From contig CBDCNP010000002.1 of NCBI GenBank assembly GCA_965219415.1, positions 2,016,001-2,080,000 on the forward strand: a stretch of DNA of 64,000 nucleotides. The letters run 5' to 3'. Shown piece by piece: positions 53,570-64,000 of this stretch (position 1 is the first letter of the stretch; each line of letters starts with the position of its first letter). The notes beneath the pieces are model-generated. The model did no database searches. It was given only the letters and a program-made list of their open reading frames with translations, and was not told the origin of the DNA. Both the position numbers and the translations under genes were made by a program. This stretch comes from Candidatus Marinacidobacterales bacterium (GTDB taxonomy: Bacteria > Acidobacteriota > Vicinamibacteria > Marinacidobacterales > DATDRI01).

Positions 53570-55450
53570 TTACCCCTCGTCTTCCTTAGCTGGCTTACCT
53601 GGCTCACTTGGCGACTCGGCCTTTTCATCACTGTCTTTCTCGGCAGCCTTGTCAAGCTCAGAGGGTTCCGACTCAGGAGGTTCTGCGGACAGCGCGGAGA
53701 TCGAAGCCCCGCTGAAGTTCGCGAAGTCCCCTAACGTCGCATTGGGTGAGCCGGAGCTCAAGGCCTGGGCTTCATACTCGGCGGGATCGATGTCCATGTC
53801 GACCGCCCGGATGGAGAGTCCGACCTTGCGCTCGCCTTCGCTCATCTTGATGATCTTCATGCGATGAGTCTCTCCCACTTCTAACTTGTCCTCCGGCTTC
53901 TCGACTCGTTCTTCGCCGAGCTCGGAAACATGGAGCAGGCCCTCGACCCCCTCCTCGATCTCCACGAAGGCACCGAAGTTGGTCAGACGCACGATGGTCC
54001 CTTCCACGATGTCCCCGACCCTGTGCCTCTGAACGAACTCCTCCCACACATCGGTCGCCAACTGCTTCAACCCGAGCGATAGGCGTTGATTGTCGGCATC
54101 GATGTTGAGGACTACCGCCTCGACTGTATCGCCTTTCTTCAGCACTTCCGACGGATGCTTGACCCGCTTGCTCCAAGAAAGGTCGGAAATATGAATCAAT
54201 CCGTCGATGCCCTCTTCCACTTCCACAAAGGCGCCGAAGTCGGTCAGGTTCCTGACTTTGCCCTCAATGCGTGCGTTCGGCTGGTACTTCTCGGCGAGAA
54301 GCTCCCAAGGGTTCGGCTCGACCTGCTTCAACCCGAGGCTGATGCGGCGCTCGTTCGGATCCACTTGCAGCACCATGGCCTCGACCGGATCTCCCACCGA
54401 GAGAACCTTGGAGGGATGCTTGACCCGTTTGCTCCAAGACATTTCGGAAACGTGGATGAGACCCTCGACACCGGGCTCAAGCTCGATGAAGGCGCCGTAG
54501 TCGGTAAGGCTGACCACTTTGCCTTTGACCCGTGCCCCAACCGAGAACCTCTCTGAGGCCGACTCCCATGGATCGGGGCTGAGCTGCTTGTAGCCTAACG
54601 AAACCCGCTCCGCCTCCCGATCGAACTTCAAAACTACGACCTCGACCTGATCGCCAACATTGAACAGCTCCGAGGGATGGTTGATACGACCGTACGACAT
54701 GTCGGTGATATGGAGGAGCCCGTCGATACCGCCGAGATCGATAAAGGCTCCGTAGTCCGTGAGGTTCTTGACCACGCCGCGAAAGACCCGCCCCGCTTCG
54801 AGCGCCTCGAGCGTCTTGCCCTTCCGATCGGACAGCTCCTCTTCCAAAACTACCTTGCGGGATAGAACGATGTTCCCCCGCTTCTTGTTGACCTTGATGA
54901 CCCGCATCCGGAGCTCTTGTCCCTTCAAACTCTCCAGGTTGCGGACCGGGCGCACATCCACTTGAGAGCCTGGCAGGAAGGCACGCACGCCGATGTCCAC
55001 CGCCAAACCGCCCTTGATTCGTTCGATCACTCGTCCGGTAACAACTTCCTTGCTCTGGTAAGCGGCCTCGATGACATCCCAAACTTTCATCTTCTCCGCT
55101 TTTTCGCGGCTGAGGACCAGATAACCTTCCTTGTCCTCCGCTTTTTCGAGAAGGACCTCTACATCGTCACCCACTTTGACGGTGAGATTACCGAACTCAT
55201 CCTGAAATTCTTCTACACGTATGAGACCTTCGGACTTGTATCCGACGTCCACCACGACTTCATTAGGCGAGATCTGGAGAACTTTACCCTTAACGACCTC
55301 GCCTTCTGCAATATTGCTGTTGTATTGATCGAGGAGCTTCTCGTACTCCTCCATAGGCATGGCTTCTTCGGTCTGGCTTTCGAGCATTCCTGGATCTGCT
55401 ATGCTCCCTCCTTCTATTACACTCTTCTCGATGTCGTTGGCTTCAGGCAT
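53570..55450 (-). CDS. rpsA: 30S ribosomal protein S1
   Basis: Six S1 repeats (YGAFIDLGGIDGLLH and related). Confidence 0.98.
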   Translation of the reverse strand: MPEANDIEKSVIEGGSIADPGMLESQTEEAMPMEEYEKLLDQYNSNIAEGEVVKGKVLQISPNEVVVDVGYKSEGLIRVEEFQDEFGNLTVKVGDDVEVLLEKAEDKEGYLVLSREKAEKMKVWDVIEAAYQSKEVVTGRVIERIKGGLAVDIGVRAFLPGSQVDVRPVRNLESLKGQELRMRVIKVNKKRGNIVLSRKVVLEEELSDRKGKTLEALEAGRVFRGVVKNLTDYGAFIDLGGIDGLLHITDMSYGRINHPSELFNVGDQVEVVVLKFDREAERVSLGYKQLSPDPWESASERFSVGARVKGKVVSLTDYGAFIELEPGVEGLIHVSEMSWSKRVKHPSKVLSVGDPVEAMVLQVDPNERRISLGLKQVEPNPWELLAEKYQPNARIEGKVRNLTDFGAFVEVEEGIDGLIHISDLSWSKRVKHPSEVLKKGDTVEAVVLNIDADNQRLSLGLKQLATDVWEEFVQRHRVGDIVEGTIVRLTNFGAFVEIEEGVEGLLHVSELGEERVEKPEDKLEVGETHRMKIIKMSEGERKVGLSIRAVDMDIDPAEYEAQALSSGSPNATLGDFANFSGASISALSAEPPESEPSELDKAAEKDSDEKAESPSEPGKPAKEDEG

Positions 55451-55620
55451 TAAAGTTTGTTACCTCCCTGCGGATTTTTCGTGTGGCGATCGAGTAAGAC
55501 TGGAAGGGCTACGGACAGTGGCTCGCTTCGCCGGTGCGGTTTCCCGCAAGCCGTTATCCTACTCTATTTTACGGGCTTGGTCAAGGCCTGGTCAAAGCCT
55601 ATTAGGGGCTTGTACAAGTG

Positions 55621-56289
55621 TCAATCCTTAATCCGGGCCCGGGCCGCAAGCTCCAGCCGAGTGAGCGTCTCCTCGGGGCTCAGGCCGGTGGTATCGACTT
55701 CGATCGCGTCGATGGCCTTCACCAAAGGCGCATGTTCCCGAGCCCGGTCGACCCGATCCCGCTTGCGGAGCTCCTCGCTGACCCTCTTCTTGGTCACCCC
55801 CGGCTCATTGGCCCGCTCTCGGTACCGCCGGCCGGCCCGGACCGACTCCTCCGCTACCAAGAAGAACTTGACCCCAGCTTCCGGGAAAACCACGGTTCCT
55901 ATATCCCTGCCCTCCAAGACCACCCCCCCGTCCTGGCCGAGCCGCCTCCACAGATCCATGAGCGGCCCCCGAACCTCAGGAAAGACGGCGATCCGAGAAG
56001 CAGCCTCGGTGACGGCGGCCGTCCGGATCGCCTCGCTGACGTCTTCGCCATCGAGGAAAATCCTCTCGTTGTGTCCCCCCCCGAATCGTATTTCGCTCTC
56101 TCGGGCGATCTTGCCTAGGGATGGGGCGTCCTCAAGGCTGACTCCAATCTCCTGGGCTCTCAGCGCCACCGCCCGGAAAGTGGCGCCGGTGTCGAGATAG
56201 AAGTAGCCCAGGCGTTCGGCGAGGCCGCGAGCGGCGGTGCTCTTTCCCGCACCGGCGGGACCATCGATTGTAATGATGAGGCTACGCAT
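55621..56289 (-). CDS. cmk: Cytidylate kinase
   Basis: IDGPAGAGKST, DTGA, EGRDIGTVVFP. Confidence 0.97.
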   Translation of the reverse strand: MRSLIITIDGPAGAGKSTAARGLAERLGYFYLDTGATFRAVALRAQEIGVSLEDAPSLGKIARESEIRFGGGHNERIFLDGEDVSEAIRTAAVTEAASRIAVFPEVRGPLMDLWRRLGQDGGVVLEGRDIGTVVFPEAGVKFFLVAEESVRAGRRYRERANEPGVTKKRVSEELRKRDRVDRAREHAPLVKAIDAIEVDTTGLSPEETLTRLELAARARIKD

Positions 56290-56385
56290 GATCGGAAATT
56301 TATCAGTGGCGCGGGGCCCCACCCCCACGCCTGGCGCTCGCTCTTCGCTCGCGCCAAAAAACACGGCCGCGTTCCCTTGCGCACC

Positions 56386-57267
56386 TCATTTCTTTTTCGC
56401 AATTCCTCGCGGCCGGCGGGCCTCCGGCCCGCTAGTGTTCGGTCGTTTCCGCCCTGCGGGCTCCGGCAAGGTTCGCGGCGAGAGAAGACCGGCAATCTCC
56501 CCCGGGGTCAAAAGGCGAAATGCTCCGGGCGCAAGGCCCTTATCGTCGAGAAACCCGACCTTCTCACGGTGCAGCTCGATGACCGGATGGCCGAGCGATT
56601 TGAACAGTCGCCAGATCTCCCGGTAACGCCCTTCTGATAGAACGACACGGAGCCGTGACTTTTGGGTGTCTTTGGCGCTCTTTCCCTCGCGTGTGCCCTG
56701 CTTCCCTCTCTTCAAACGCGTCCGGGGTTTGGTCCCGCGACTTTTCTTGGCCTCCGGGAGTTTTCTGACCGACGCGACCCTCAAACGCTGTCCTTCGACC
56801 CGGACGCCCCTCTTGGCGCGCTCGAGGGTGACTTCGCTGGGGGTTCCCCAGACAGTGACGGCGTACGTCTTGCTGAGGCCGTAGCGAGGATGGGCCACGC
56901 GCTGCGCGAAGTCACCATCGTCAGTGAGGATTAGTAACCCGGAAGTAGCCATGTCCAGCCGGCCCACCGGAAAAAGCGAACGCAGCGAGATCGGTAGGAG
57001 CTGCATCACGGTCCGGCGTCGACGTGGGTCCGATCTCGTGGTCAAGTAACCGACCGGTTTGTTCAACAACAGATATCGACGAGGCCGACCGGGTCGAACG
57101 CGCACCCCGTCGACGCGAATGTCATCCCGGGACGGATCTACTTTCCGGCCGGCTTGGGTCACCACCTCCCCGCCTACTTTCACGCGTCCATCGGCGATCA
57201 TTTGCTCGGCCTGGCGGCGAGAGGAGAGCCCGGAACGGGCAATAGTTTTCTGAAGACGTTCTTCCAT
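56386..57267 (-). CDS. rRNA pseudouridine synthase (RluB/RsuA family)
   Basis: S4 domain, NKPVG, PVGRLD..TSGL. Confidence 0.93.
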   Translation of the reverse strand: MEERLQKTIARSGLSSRRQAEQMIADGRVKVGGEVVTQAGRKVDPSRDDIRVDGVRVRPGRPRRYLLLNKPVGYLTTRSDPRRRRTVMQLLPISLRSLFPVGRLDMATSGLLILTDDGDFAQRVAHPRYGLSKTYAVTVWGTPSEVTLERAKRGVRVEGQRLRVASVRKLPEAKKSRGTKPRTRLKRGKQGTREGKSAKDTQKSRLRVVLSEGRYREIWRLFKSLGHPVIELHREKVGFLDDKGLAPGAFRLLTPGEIAGLLSPRTLPEPAGRKRPNTSGPEARRPRGIAKKK

Positions 57268-57311
57268 GGTCGAATGATTGCCTGACCGATCGTCGCGGGG
57301 CGGAACCGAAT

Positions 57312-58049
57312 TCAGCTTCCTTGGGGGCTTTCGTTCTCTACGTCTTCCGCTGCGGCCCCATCGGGCTCCGCGGGTGGGGCCGTTTCGTCTTGTAGTTGAC
57401 CGCTGTCGAGCTCGACCGTTTCTTTCATCGCCTCTCCAAGTTGGGAAGCGATTTCCTCGCCGAACACTTCTGCCATGTCTTCCAGGTTCGGAAGGTCATC
57501 GAGACTCTTGAGCCCGAAGCGGATTTGAAACTCTTTCGTCGTGCCATAAAGTAGAGGGCGTCCGACGACCTTCTTGCGACCCAAGATGCGAACGAGCTTC
57601 TTTTCGAGCAAAGTGCGAACCACTCCTGCAGAATGAAGGCCGCGCAGCGCCATGATCTCCGGAACTGTTATCGGCTGTCGGTACCCGATGACGGCGAGTG
57701 TCTCGAGGGCTTGTATCGATAGCCTCGAGGGAGGCTTGGATGAAAACAGCCGGGTTATCTTGTCGTGATACTCGGGGCGGGTCGTGATCTGGTAGCCACC
57801 GGCCACTTGTACTATTTGAAGCCCGCGGCCGGGGCTCTGGTATTGCTCGAGGAGCTCCTGCACCTGTTTCTTGATGTTTTCTCGCGAGGCATCCGGCAGG
57901 GCCTTCGCGAGATCCTTCAAGGCGAGTGGTTCCTCAGCCGCATAAAGAAGCGCCTCGATGCTGGCTCTTATTTCTTCCGCTGGAAGCTCACGGGTCGGAG
58001 ATTCGATCGACGCTTCTTCAGCGGGCGTAGGCTCGAGGTGTTCGGTCAC
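57312..58049 (-). CDS. scpB: SMC-Scp complex subunit B
   Basis: IEALLYA, LETLAVIGYRQP, GRPLLYGTT. Confidence 0.96.
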   Translation of the reverse strand: MTEHLEPTPAEEASIESPTRELPAEEIRASIEALLYAAEEPLALKDLAKALPDASRENIKKQVQELLEQYQSPGRGLQIVQVAGGYQITTRPEYHDKITRLFSSKPPSRLSIQALETLAVIGYRQPITVPEIMALRGLHSAGVVRTLLEKKLVRILGRKKVVGRPLLYGTTKEFQIRFGLKSLDDLPNLEDMAEVFGEEIASQLGEAMKETVELDSGQLQDETAPPAEPDGAAAEDVENESPQGS

Positions 58050-59062
58050 TCTGTTTGACTCCCGTCGGTGGGGTCGGGTGGGTGGACATTCGGTTCAGGC
58101 GGTTCAGGCAGTTCAGGCGGTTCGATGGGCTCAGATGTCTCAGACGGTGGGTCGGCCCCTACGGCATCGACGGGCTCGATTCGTTCAGAAGGCTCAGTAA
58201 GCTCAAAAGTTTCACCCGCTTCTTCGGGCTCTACAGGTTCTACAGGCGCCGTCTCCGGAGGAACCGTCGCATCTGGCCGCGAGACGTGAATCGGCTCAAA
58301 GGCCTTCGTTTGGTAGACCCTAAGAACCCGCAGTCTAACCAGCTCCAAAAGGGCAAGAAACGTCACGATAAGGAGCGCGCGGGTGGTGACATCTTCGAAC
58401 AGCTGCTCGAAGGAGATGTTCATACCCGGTGCGACTTTCACGCTGAGGATTTGAATCATCTCTTCTACGGTGACCGTCTGCCGTTCGAACTTGATGTCTT
58501 TACGCTGCCTGATGCGCTCGAGCACGGAGCGGAAAGCGGTAAGCAGTTGAAAGAGATCGACGTCGACGAGCTCCTCCTGAGCTTGAGCATCGGCTTCGAG
58601 CAGCGGCGCAACTGCCGTCTCGGACCGAAGCCACATGGCACTTCGCAGGGTCTGCCGTTCGTAGAGCATTTGAGCGGCTTCCTTGTAACGCTGGTACTCG
58701 AGAAGCCTCGCCACCAGCTCATCCCGCGGGTCTCCCAGCTCGTCCTCGACTCCGTCTTCGTGCGGCGGGGGAAGAAGCATCTTGGACTTGATGTGGATCA
58801 AAGTGGCGGCCATGAACACGAAATCCCCCGCGATGTTGAGATTCAGCTCCTCCATGATTTCCAAGGTCTCGAGATACTGCCGCGTGATGGAGGCGATAGG
58901 GATGTCGTAGATATCGAATTCGTTCTTTCGGATTAGGTGCAGGAGCAGATCGAGGGGACCGTCGAAGTCAGAGAGCTTCACGTGATAACGAGGCTCGGCG
59001 TTCTCTTCGTCGGAGGGAGGGCCGAGATAAAGCTCCGCGGTATTCTTAGACTCTTCGATCAT
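58046..59062 (-). CDS. scpA: SMC-Scp complex subunit A with Pro/Glu-rich tail
   Basis: FDGPLDLLLHLI, KSKMLLP, TFLALLEL. Confidence 0.96.
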   Translation of the reverse strand: MIEESKNTAELYLGPPSDEENAEPRYHVKLSDFDGPLDLLLHLIRKNEFDIYDIPIASITRQYLETLEIMEELNLNIAGDFVFMAATLIHIKSKMLLPPPHEDGVEDELGDPRDELVARLLEYQRYKEAAQMLYERQTLRSAMWLRSETAVAPLLEADAQAQEELVDVDLFQLLTAFRSVLERIRQRKDIKFERQTVTVEEMIQILSVKVAPGMNISFEQLFEDVTTRALLIVTFLALLELVRLRVLRVYQTKAFEPIHVSRPDATVPPETAPVEPVEPEEAGETFELTEPSERIEPVDAVGADPPSETSEPIEPPELPEPPEPNVHPPDPTDGSQTE

Positions 59063-60045
59063 GGCAGTTTCACCGCGCCACGGACTTCTCTCATTGTTTC
59101 CCGCGCCACTTTTCGAGCCTTCTCCGCTCCCTCATCCAGGATATTCCAAATTTTGTCGGGACTCGACTCGAGCTCCTTGCGTTTTTCGAGGAACGGTTTC
59201 ATCCGCGTCACCAAATGATCGGCCAGCGCTCCCTTGCAATCGATGCAGCCGATGCCGGCAGTCCGGCAACCTTCGGTCGCCCATGCTCTCGTCTTATCAT
59301 CAGAAAAAACCTTGTGCAGATCGAAGACCGGACAGATGTCGGGGTTGCCCGGATCGGTGCGGCGTTTGCGGGCCGGATCGGTCATCATCGTGCGCAGCTT
59401 CTCCCGAATCGCCGGCTCGTCGTCGGACAGATTGATGGTGTTGTTGTAGCTCTTCGACATCTTCCGCCCATCGGTTCCCGGAAGCTTCGGAGTCGGTGTC
59501 AACTTGGTCTGCGGCTCCGGGAAGACCGGTCCATAGAAGTTGTTGAAGCGGCGGGCTATCTCTCGGGTCAGCTCGACGTGCGCTTGTTGATCGGCCCCCA
59601 CTGGGACGACTTCCGCCTTGTACATGAGAATGTCCGCGGTCTGTAGGACCGGGTATCCCAGGAACCCGTAGGTGTGTAGATCTTTTTCCGCGATTTGTTC
59701 CATCTGTTCTTTGTAAGTCGGCACACGCTCCAGCCAAGGAAGAGGAACGATCATCGAGAGCAACACGTGCAACTCGGCGTGCTCCGGCACGTGAGACTGA
59801 ATGAAAAGCGCCGAGCGTTCGGGATCGAGCCCCGCGCAAAGCCAATCCACCACCACTTCCAACGTGTACTCCTTGATCTTGCTGGTGTCCGCATAATCGG
59901 TGGTCAAGGCGTGCCAGTCCACGATGCAGTAGTAAGTCTCGTACTCGTCTTGCATCGCCGCCCAGTTCTCGAGCGCCCCAACCAGGTGCCCCAAATGAAG
60001 CCCGCCGGTGGGTCTCATGCCGGACAGAACGCGTTTACGGCCCAT
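59059..60045 (-). CDS. trpS: Tryptophan--tRNA ligase
   Basis: SGMRPTGGLHLGH, YPVLQTADI, PVGADQ, KMSKS. Confidence 0.98.
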   Translation of the reverse strand: MGRKRVLSGMRPTGGLHLGHLVGALENWAAMQDEYETYYCIVDWHALTTDYADTSKIKEYTLEVVVDWLCAGLDPERSALFIQSHVPEHAELHVLLSMIVPLPWLERVPTYKEQMEQIAEKDLHTYGFLGYPVLQTADILMYKAEVVPVGADQQAHVELTREIARRFNNFYGPVFPEPQTKLTPTPKLPGTDGRKMSKSYNNTINLSDDEPAIREKLRTMMTDPARKRRTDPGNPDICPVFDLHKVFSDDKTRAWATEGCRTAGIGCIDCKGALADHLVTRMKPFLEKRKELESSPDKIWNILDEGAEKARKVARETMREVRGAVKLP

Positions 60046-60048
60046 GCT

Positions 60049-60687
60049 TCACGCTACCAAGTCGCGGAGGAAAAACACCACCGGCCAAACGATGACCCTC
60101 ACGATGAACCCCAGGGCACCCGTTATGAACAGACCGATTAGAATCAAGAAGCCGTATGGTTCCATGTACTTGTCGTAGAGATCACCCCACTTCCGGGGAA
60201 GCCCCCAGGAGGCGATCCAGGATCCGTCGAGGGGCGGTACCGGGAGCAGATTGAAGACGCCCAAGAGAACGTTCACCCAAATGCCGGTCCAGCTGATGAG
60301 AACCAAAGGGTTGTCCGGCGCTACGACACGAACCGCCAATCCGTACAAGAGCGTGAACAGCAGAGCGAGCAGAAAGTTGCTCACCGGCCCAGCTCCCGAA
60401 GTCGAAATCTGCCCCCACCGGAAGTCACGGAAGTTGCGCGGTTGCACTGGTGTCGGCTTCGCCCAACCAAAGAACACACCCCCCATGAACAGACCCATCA
60501 ATGGGAACAGCACGGTGCCAATGGGGTCAATGTGGACGATAGGATTCAACGAGATGCGCCCCTCGCGCAACGCGGTGTCGTCGCCTTGCTGGAGGGCTGC
60601 CCACGCGTGGGCGCTTTCGTGGACACTTAAAGAGAAAAGGAGCACCAAATAGCGGATGAGGATACTCAGAATCTCTTGGGGCTCCAA
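60049..60687 (-). CDS. Site-2 protease (M50)
   Basis: HESAH, GWAKP, NLLPVPPLDG. Confidence 0.93.
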   Translation of the reverse strand: MEPQEILSILIRYLVLLFSLSVHESAHAWAALQQGDDTALREGRISLNPIVHIDPIGTVLFPLMGLFMGGVFFGWAKPTPVQPRNFRDFRWGQISTSGAGPVSNFLLALLFTLLYGLAVRVVAPDNPLVLISWTGIWVNVLLGVFNLLPVPPLDGSWIASWGLPRKWGDLYDKYMEPYGFLILIGLFITGALGFIVRVIVWPVVFFLRDLVA

Positions 60688-60829
60688 CGGATCTCGATTC
60701 CTCCCAGGCTAGGCTATTCCTCACACTCTGCAGTCGGCGGCATGCTAACACAGGGCGATCGGGCGGTCAACTTCAGATAAATAAAGGATTTAATCCGCCG
60801 CGGTGGGATAAGTGAGTCGGCGGGTTGAC

Positions 60830-62653
60830 TCAGCCCATTTCGGCGAGATGCTGATGGACCCGCTCCGCCAAACGCGGGCCGACGACGTCGGAGAGCTCCT
60901 CGACCGTCGCTTCTTTCACACGTTTGAGGCTCTTGAAGCGATCCAAGAGGAGCTTCCTCTTGCGCGGCCCGATGCCTTGAATGTCGTCTAACTTGGAGTG
61001 AAAGTTGCGGGTGGCCCTTCTTTGGCGATGAAATGTGATCGCGAAGCGGTGCGCCTCGTCTCGAACCCGCTGCACCAGTTGGAGCGTCGGAGACCTCTTC
61101 GGAAGCACGATGGGCTCCGGGCGGCCATTCTGGAAGAGCACTTCCTCTTTCTTGGCAATGCTCACCAGGGGCAAATGGGACAGGCCGAGCTCGGTCAGAG
61201 ATGTGAGGGCCGCCGCGAGCTGCCCCTTGCCACCGTCGATCAGTATCAGATCGGGCTGCTCTGTGCCTTCCTCGAGGACGCGGCGATAACGTCTCAAGAC
61301 GACTTCGCGCATCGATGCAAAGTCATCGGGTCCATCGGCTACGGTCTTGATCTTGTATTTGCGATGTTCGCTGGGCTTAGCCTGTCCATCTTCGAAGACC
61401 ACCATCGAGGCCACGATGTCACTACCCTGAATGTTGGAAATGTCGAATCCCTCGATGCGCCGAGGCTCGTCGGGCAGATCCAGGAGCTTGCGCAAAGCCT
61501 CGAGACGGGAGGCGGCCTGGCGACCCTCCTCCTGGTTGGCCAGCTCGAATGCCAGGCGTGCGTTTCGACAGACCAAATCCACCATGCGTCGCTTACCGCC
61601 GCGCTGTGGCACCGCGATCTCCACCCGACTTTCCCGTCGACTCGTGAGCCACTCCTGAACCAGCCTCCGCTCGGGAAAGTCGAGGGGCACGTGAACCTCC
61701 GCGGGTAGATATCGCCCCAGCTCGTAGTACTGTTTTAAGGACGCGCTCAGGACATCCGTGTCTTCCAGCGCTTCGAGCTTATCCAAAACGAAACTGTCGC
61801 GATCCACGACCTTCCCCGAGCGCATCGAGAAAACCTGGAGTACCGCTTGGTCTCCTTCGCGGTAGTAGCCGAAGATGTCCCTCTCTTCTCCACGCACCGT
61901 CGCCATCTTTTGGCGGGTGCTGAGATCCTCGAGCGTTCGCACCGTGTCCCGCAACCGAGCCGCCTCTTCGAATCGCTCTTCCCCTGCGGCGCGATGCATC
62001 TGTTTCTTGAGCGAAGCGACGAGGTCGTCATTCTTGCCCTCCAGGAAGAGGCGGGCGCTCTCTACGGTTTTCTTGTACTCCTCTAGGGTAGCGATGCTCT
62101 CGACGCAGGGCGCCACGCACCGCCTGATCTGATACTGAAGGCACGGTCGCGGACGGTGACCGTCCAGCTTTTCGTTGCAGTTTCGGATACCGAAGAGCCG
62201 ATGCACTAGGTTCTGCGTCTTTCGTGCGAGACTCGCCGGAACATAGGGACCGGAGTAAACCTCGCCATCAGTGCCCGGGCGCCGGACGACGTATATCCGG
62301 GGGTAGTCCTCCCCCACCGTCAGTTTCAGATAGGGATGGTTCTTATCGTCTCGGAGTAGAACGTTGTATCGCGGCTTGTGGGTCTTGATGAGGTTATTCT
62401 CGAGGACCAACGCCTCCCGCTCGGTGTCGGTGGCCACGACTTCGAGATCCCGGATGGATTCGATGAGTCGATCGAGCCGGGGGCTATCGATGCGGGAGCC
62501 TTGGAAGTAAGAGCGAACCCGATCCTTCAAGGAGCGCGCCTTGCCCACATATAGGATCTGGCCGCCCCGGCCGCGGAAGAGATAGACGCCCGGCGTCGAA
62601 GGAAGCTCGGTCAGTTTTTGTGCGAGTACCTCGTCCATCGTCTCCGGGAACAT
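60830..62653 (-). CDS. uvrC: Excinuclease ABC subunit C
   Basis: PGVY..YVGKA, UVR domain, FDISN, IDGGKGQL, RDEAHRFA, HhH. Confidence 0.98.
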   Translation of the reverse strand: MFPETMDEVLAQKLTELPSTPGVYLFRGRGGQILYVGKARSLKDRVRSYFQGSRIDSPRLDRLIESIRDLEVVATDTEREALVLENNLIKTHKPRYNVLLRDDKNHPYLKLTVGEDYPRIYVVRRPGTDGEVYSGPYVPASLARKTQNLVHRLFGIRNCNEKLDGHRPRPCLQYQIRRCVAPCVESIATLEEYKKTVESARLFLEGKNDDLVASLKKQMHRAAGEERFEEAARLRDTVRTLEDLSTRQKMATVRGEERDIFGYYREGDQAVLQVFSMRSGKVVDRDSFVLDKLEALEDTDVLSASLKQYYELGRYLPAEVHVPLDFPERRLVQEWLTSRRESRVEIAVPQRGGKRRMVDLVCRNARLAFELANQEEGRQAASRLEALRKLLDLPDEPRRIEGFDISNIQGSDIVASMVVFEDGQAKPSEHRKYKIKTVADGPDDFASMREVVLRRYRRVLEEGTEQPDLILIDGGKGQLAAALTSLTELGLSHLPLVSIAKKEEVLFQNGRPEPIVLPKRSPTLQLVQRVRDEAHRFAITFHRQRRATRNFHSKLDDIQGIGPRKRKLLLDRFKSLKRVKEATVEELSDVVGPRLAERVHQHLAEMG

Positions 62654-62704
62654 CCAAATTATACCAAGGGCCAGAGGCTTCGGCCCGCGCTCCCCTAATC
62701 GAGA

Positions 62705-64000
62705 CTAGGATCGGTTTCTGAGTAGCTTGATCGAGAGGATCCACTCCCAGGAGCTACGATCCCCGAACCAAGCGCGTGCGATCCCGGTGGAAAGTGTCGA
62801 CTCGAGATTGGACCAGTGCTTGAAGACGAGATTCACCTGCGCACCCAGGTTACGTCCGAGCGAGCCCGGTCTCTCATCAAGGATCAGGCCCTGGGCAAAC
62901 CGCGACGCGTCGATGTGGCTCAGGAAATGGCTTCCCACCCGGGCTCCTGGGAAACGAATGGGCCGGCAGGTTGTGCTCGACCATGACCTTGGCGAAGCCG
63001 CCGGCGGGCATGCTGTAGATCGGAGCGCCCGGGAATCGAAAGGGGTCGCGGAACTGTTTGACGTTCTTGTTCTCCGACGAACAGGTTCCCGAAGCCACCG
63101 AAGTAAAACTGGCCGAGAACCTCATCCTCGGGAGCGTTGGTGTATCCGCCCGCGATCTGGAGGTGCAGCACGTTATGAGGGCGGGCCACCGTCCAATACC
63201 AGTTCCAATCCGCGTTAACGCCTCCCACGATCTGGGAGCTAAGGCCCAGGGCGGTCAGGGTCGTGGTCCATTCGGTCCCACTCTCGTTGTCCACGCCGCC
63301 GATCGCTCGCCGTACATTGTGTGAATTGAGACTTGTTTCGAATGACAGAAATTCTGACGTTGAAACCGGTACGAGTGAAATCCGCTGATCACCGGCATGA
63401 GTGAATTGACTTGTAGTCGGGAGGTCCCGTCGTAGGGCCTGGCTTCCGCGCCGGTTGCCGTCGGGCCCGGCTCGTCCGACTCGAGCGTGAGCGCCCAAAT
63501 CGCGAGCTCGGGGTTCCGATCCAACACTGTTTGTCCGTAGTACTCGATGGCGGGTACTCGGCCGACCGGTTCATTAGAGATGAGCACCGAGTGAAACCCT
63601 CGGCGCCGAACTCGAAGGCGAACAATGTCTCCGCATCGACGTAGATGGGACGAAACAGGCCTCGCAAGGTGTTCGAAAGGGCCTCCACAGTGCCTTCATC
63701 GGACCGGTAGCGGTAGACGTTGGAAACGCCGTTAGTGTAGGCGCTCCAGTAGAGGGTCGTTTCATCCGGGCTCCACGAAGGGAACTCCGGAGACCCTTCA
63801 GCGGCAATAACTTGGTAACTGAAGCGGCCCGTCTCTTTCATCTGCTCGACGTCCGAGACGACGATCGCCTGACGGCCCGTGGACTGGTGAAGCGTAGCCG
63901 CCACGAATCGCCCGGATTGGCTGATTGCCAAGTGCTGAATGGTGTCCCCGTAATTGAACGCCACGGCAGTTCGAATTGTGTCGTAGGGATGCTCCGAGTA
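62705..64000 (-). CDS. C-terminal part of a TolB-like propeller plus outer-membrane beta-barrel protein (frameshifted, runs off right edge)
   Basis: PEFPSWSPDE, GVSNVYRY, then amphipathic strands (FYFGGFGN, NLGAQVNLVF). Confidence 0.65.

Noticed and set aside
58092-58123. 9-bp tandem repeats in scpA (also in the romR-like and TPR genes) as CRISPR or regulatory arrays
   Set aside because: In-frame low-complexity coding repeats; no repeat-spacer array or cas gene seen in the window.

Overview
GC-rich bacterial chromosomal window. Gene order (scpAB-rluB-cmk-rpsA-ihfB, romR-like-valS-birA, DUF1844-TPR-DUF4388) suggests Acidobacteriota or a deltaproteobacteria-like lineage; this is an inference. 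Single-base indels and a few stray stops occur even in housekeeping genes (valS, galT, comEC), so the assembly is probably error-prone and many frameshifts may be artefacts. Layout: 1-11.8 kb holds an ECF sigma/anti-sigma/PDZ operon, a lipoprotein-HAMP-pseudopilin-HD-GYP operon hit by an ISL3 element, and an envelope glycosylation cluster. 11.8-23 kb is a decayed accessory region next to tRNA-Leu(TAA) with att-like duplications, a BrnT toxin-antitoxin pair, a Hint-domain protein, two IS256 elements and gene remnants. 23-64 kb is mostly minus-strand core genes. Main finding, missed by the ORF track: removing both IS256 copies reconstructs a MerB (organomercurial lyase)-like domain with three in-frame TGA codons at Cys-equivalent positions, two followed by SECIS-like hairpins. 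This domain continues in frame from a BlaR1-like M56 peptidase and lies downstream of a BlaI-type repressor with a TACTAC-N5-GTAGTA operator. It is a candidate selenocysteine-based BlaI/BlaR-like metal or organometal sensing system, now IS-inactivated.
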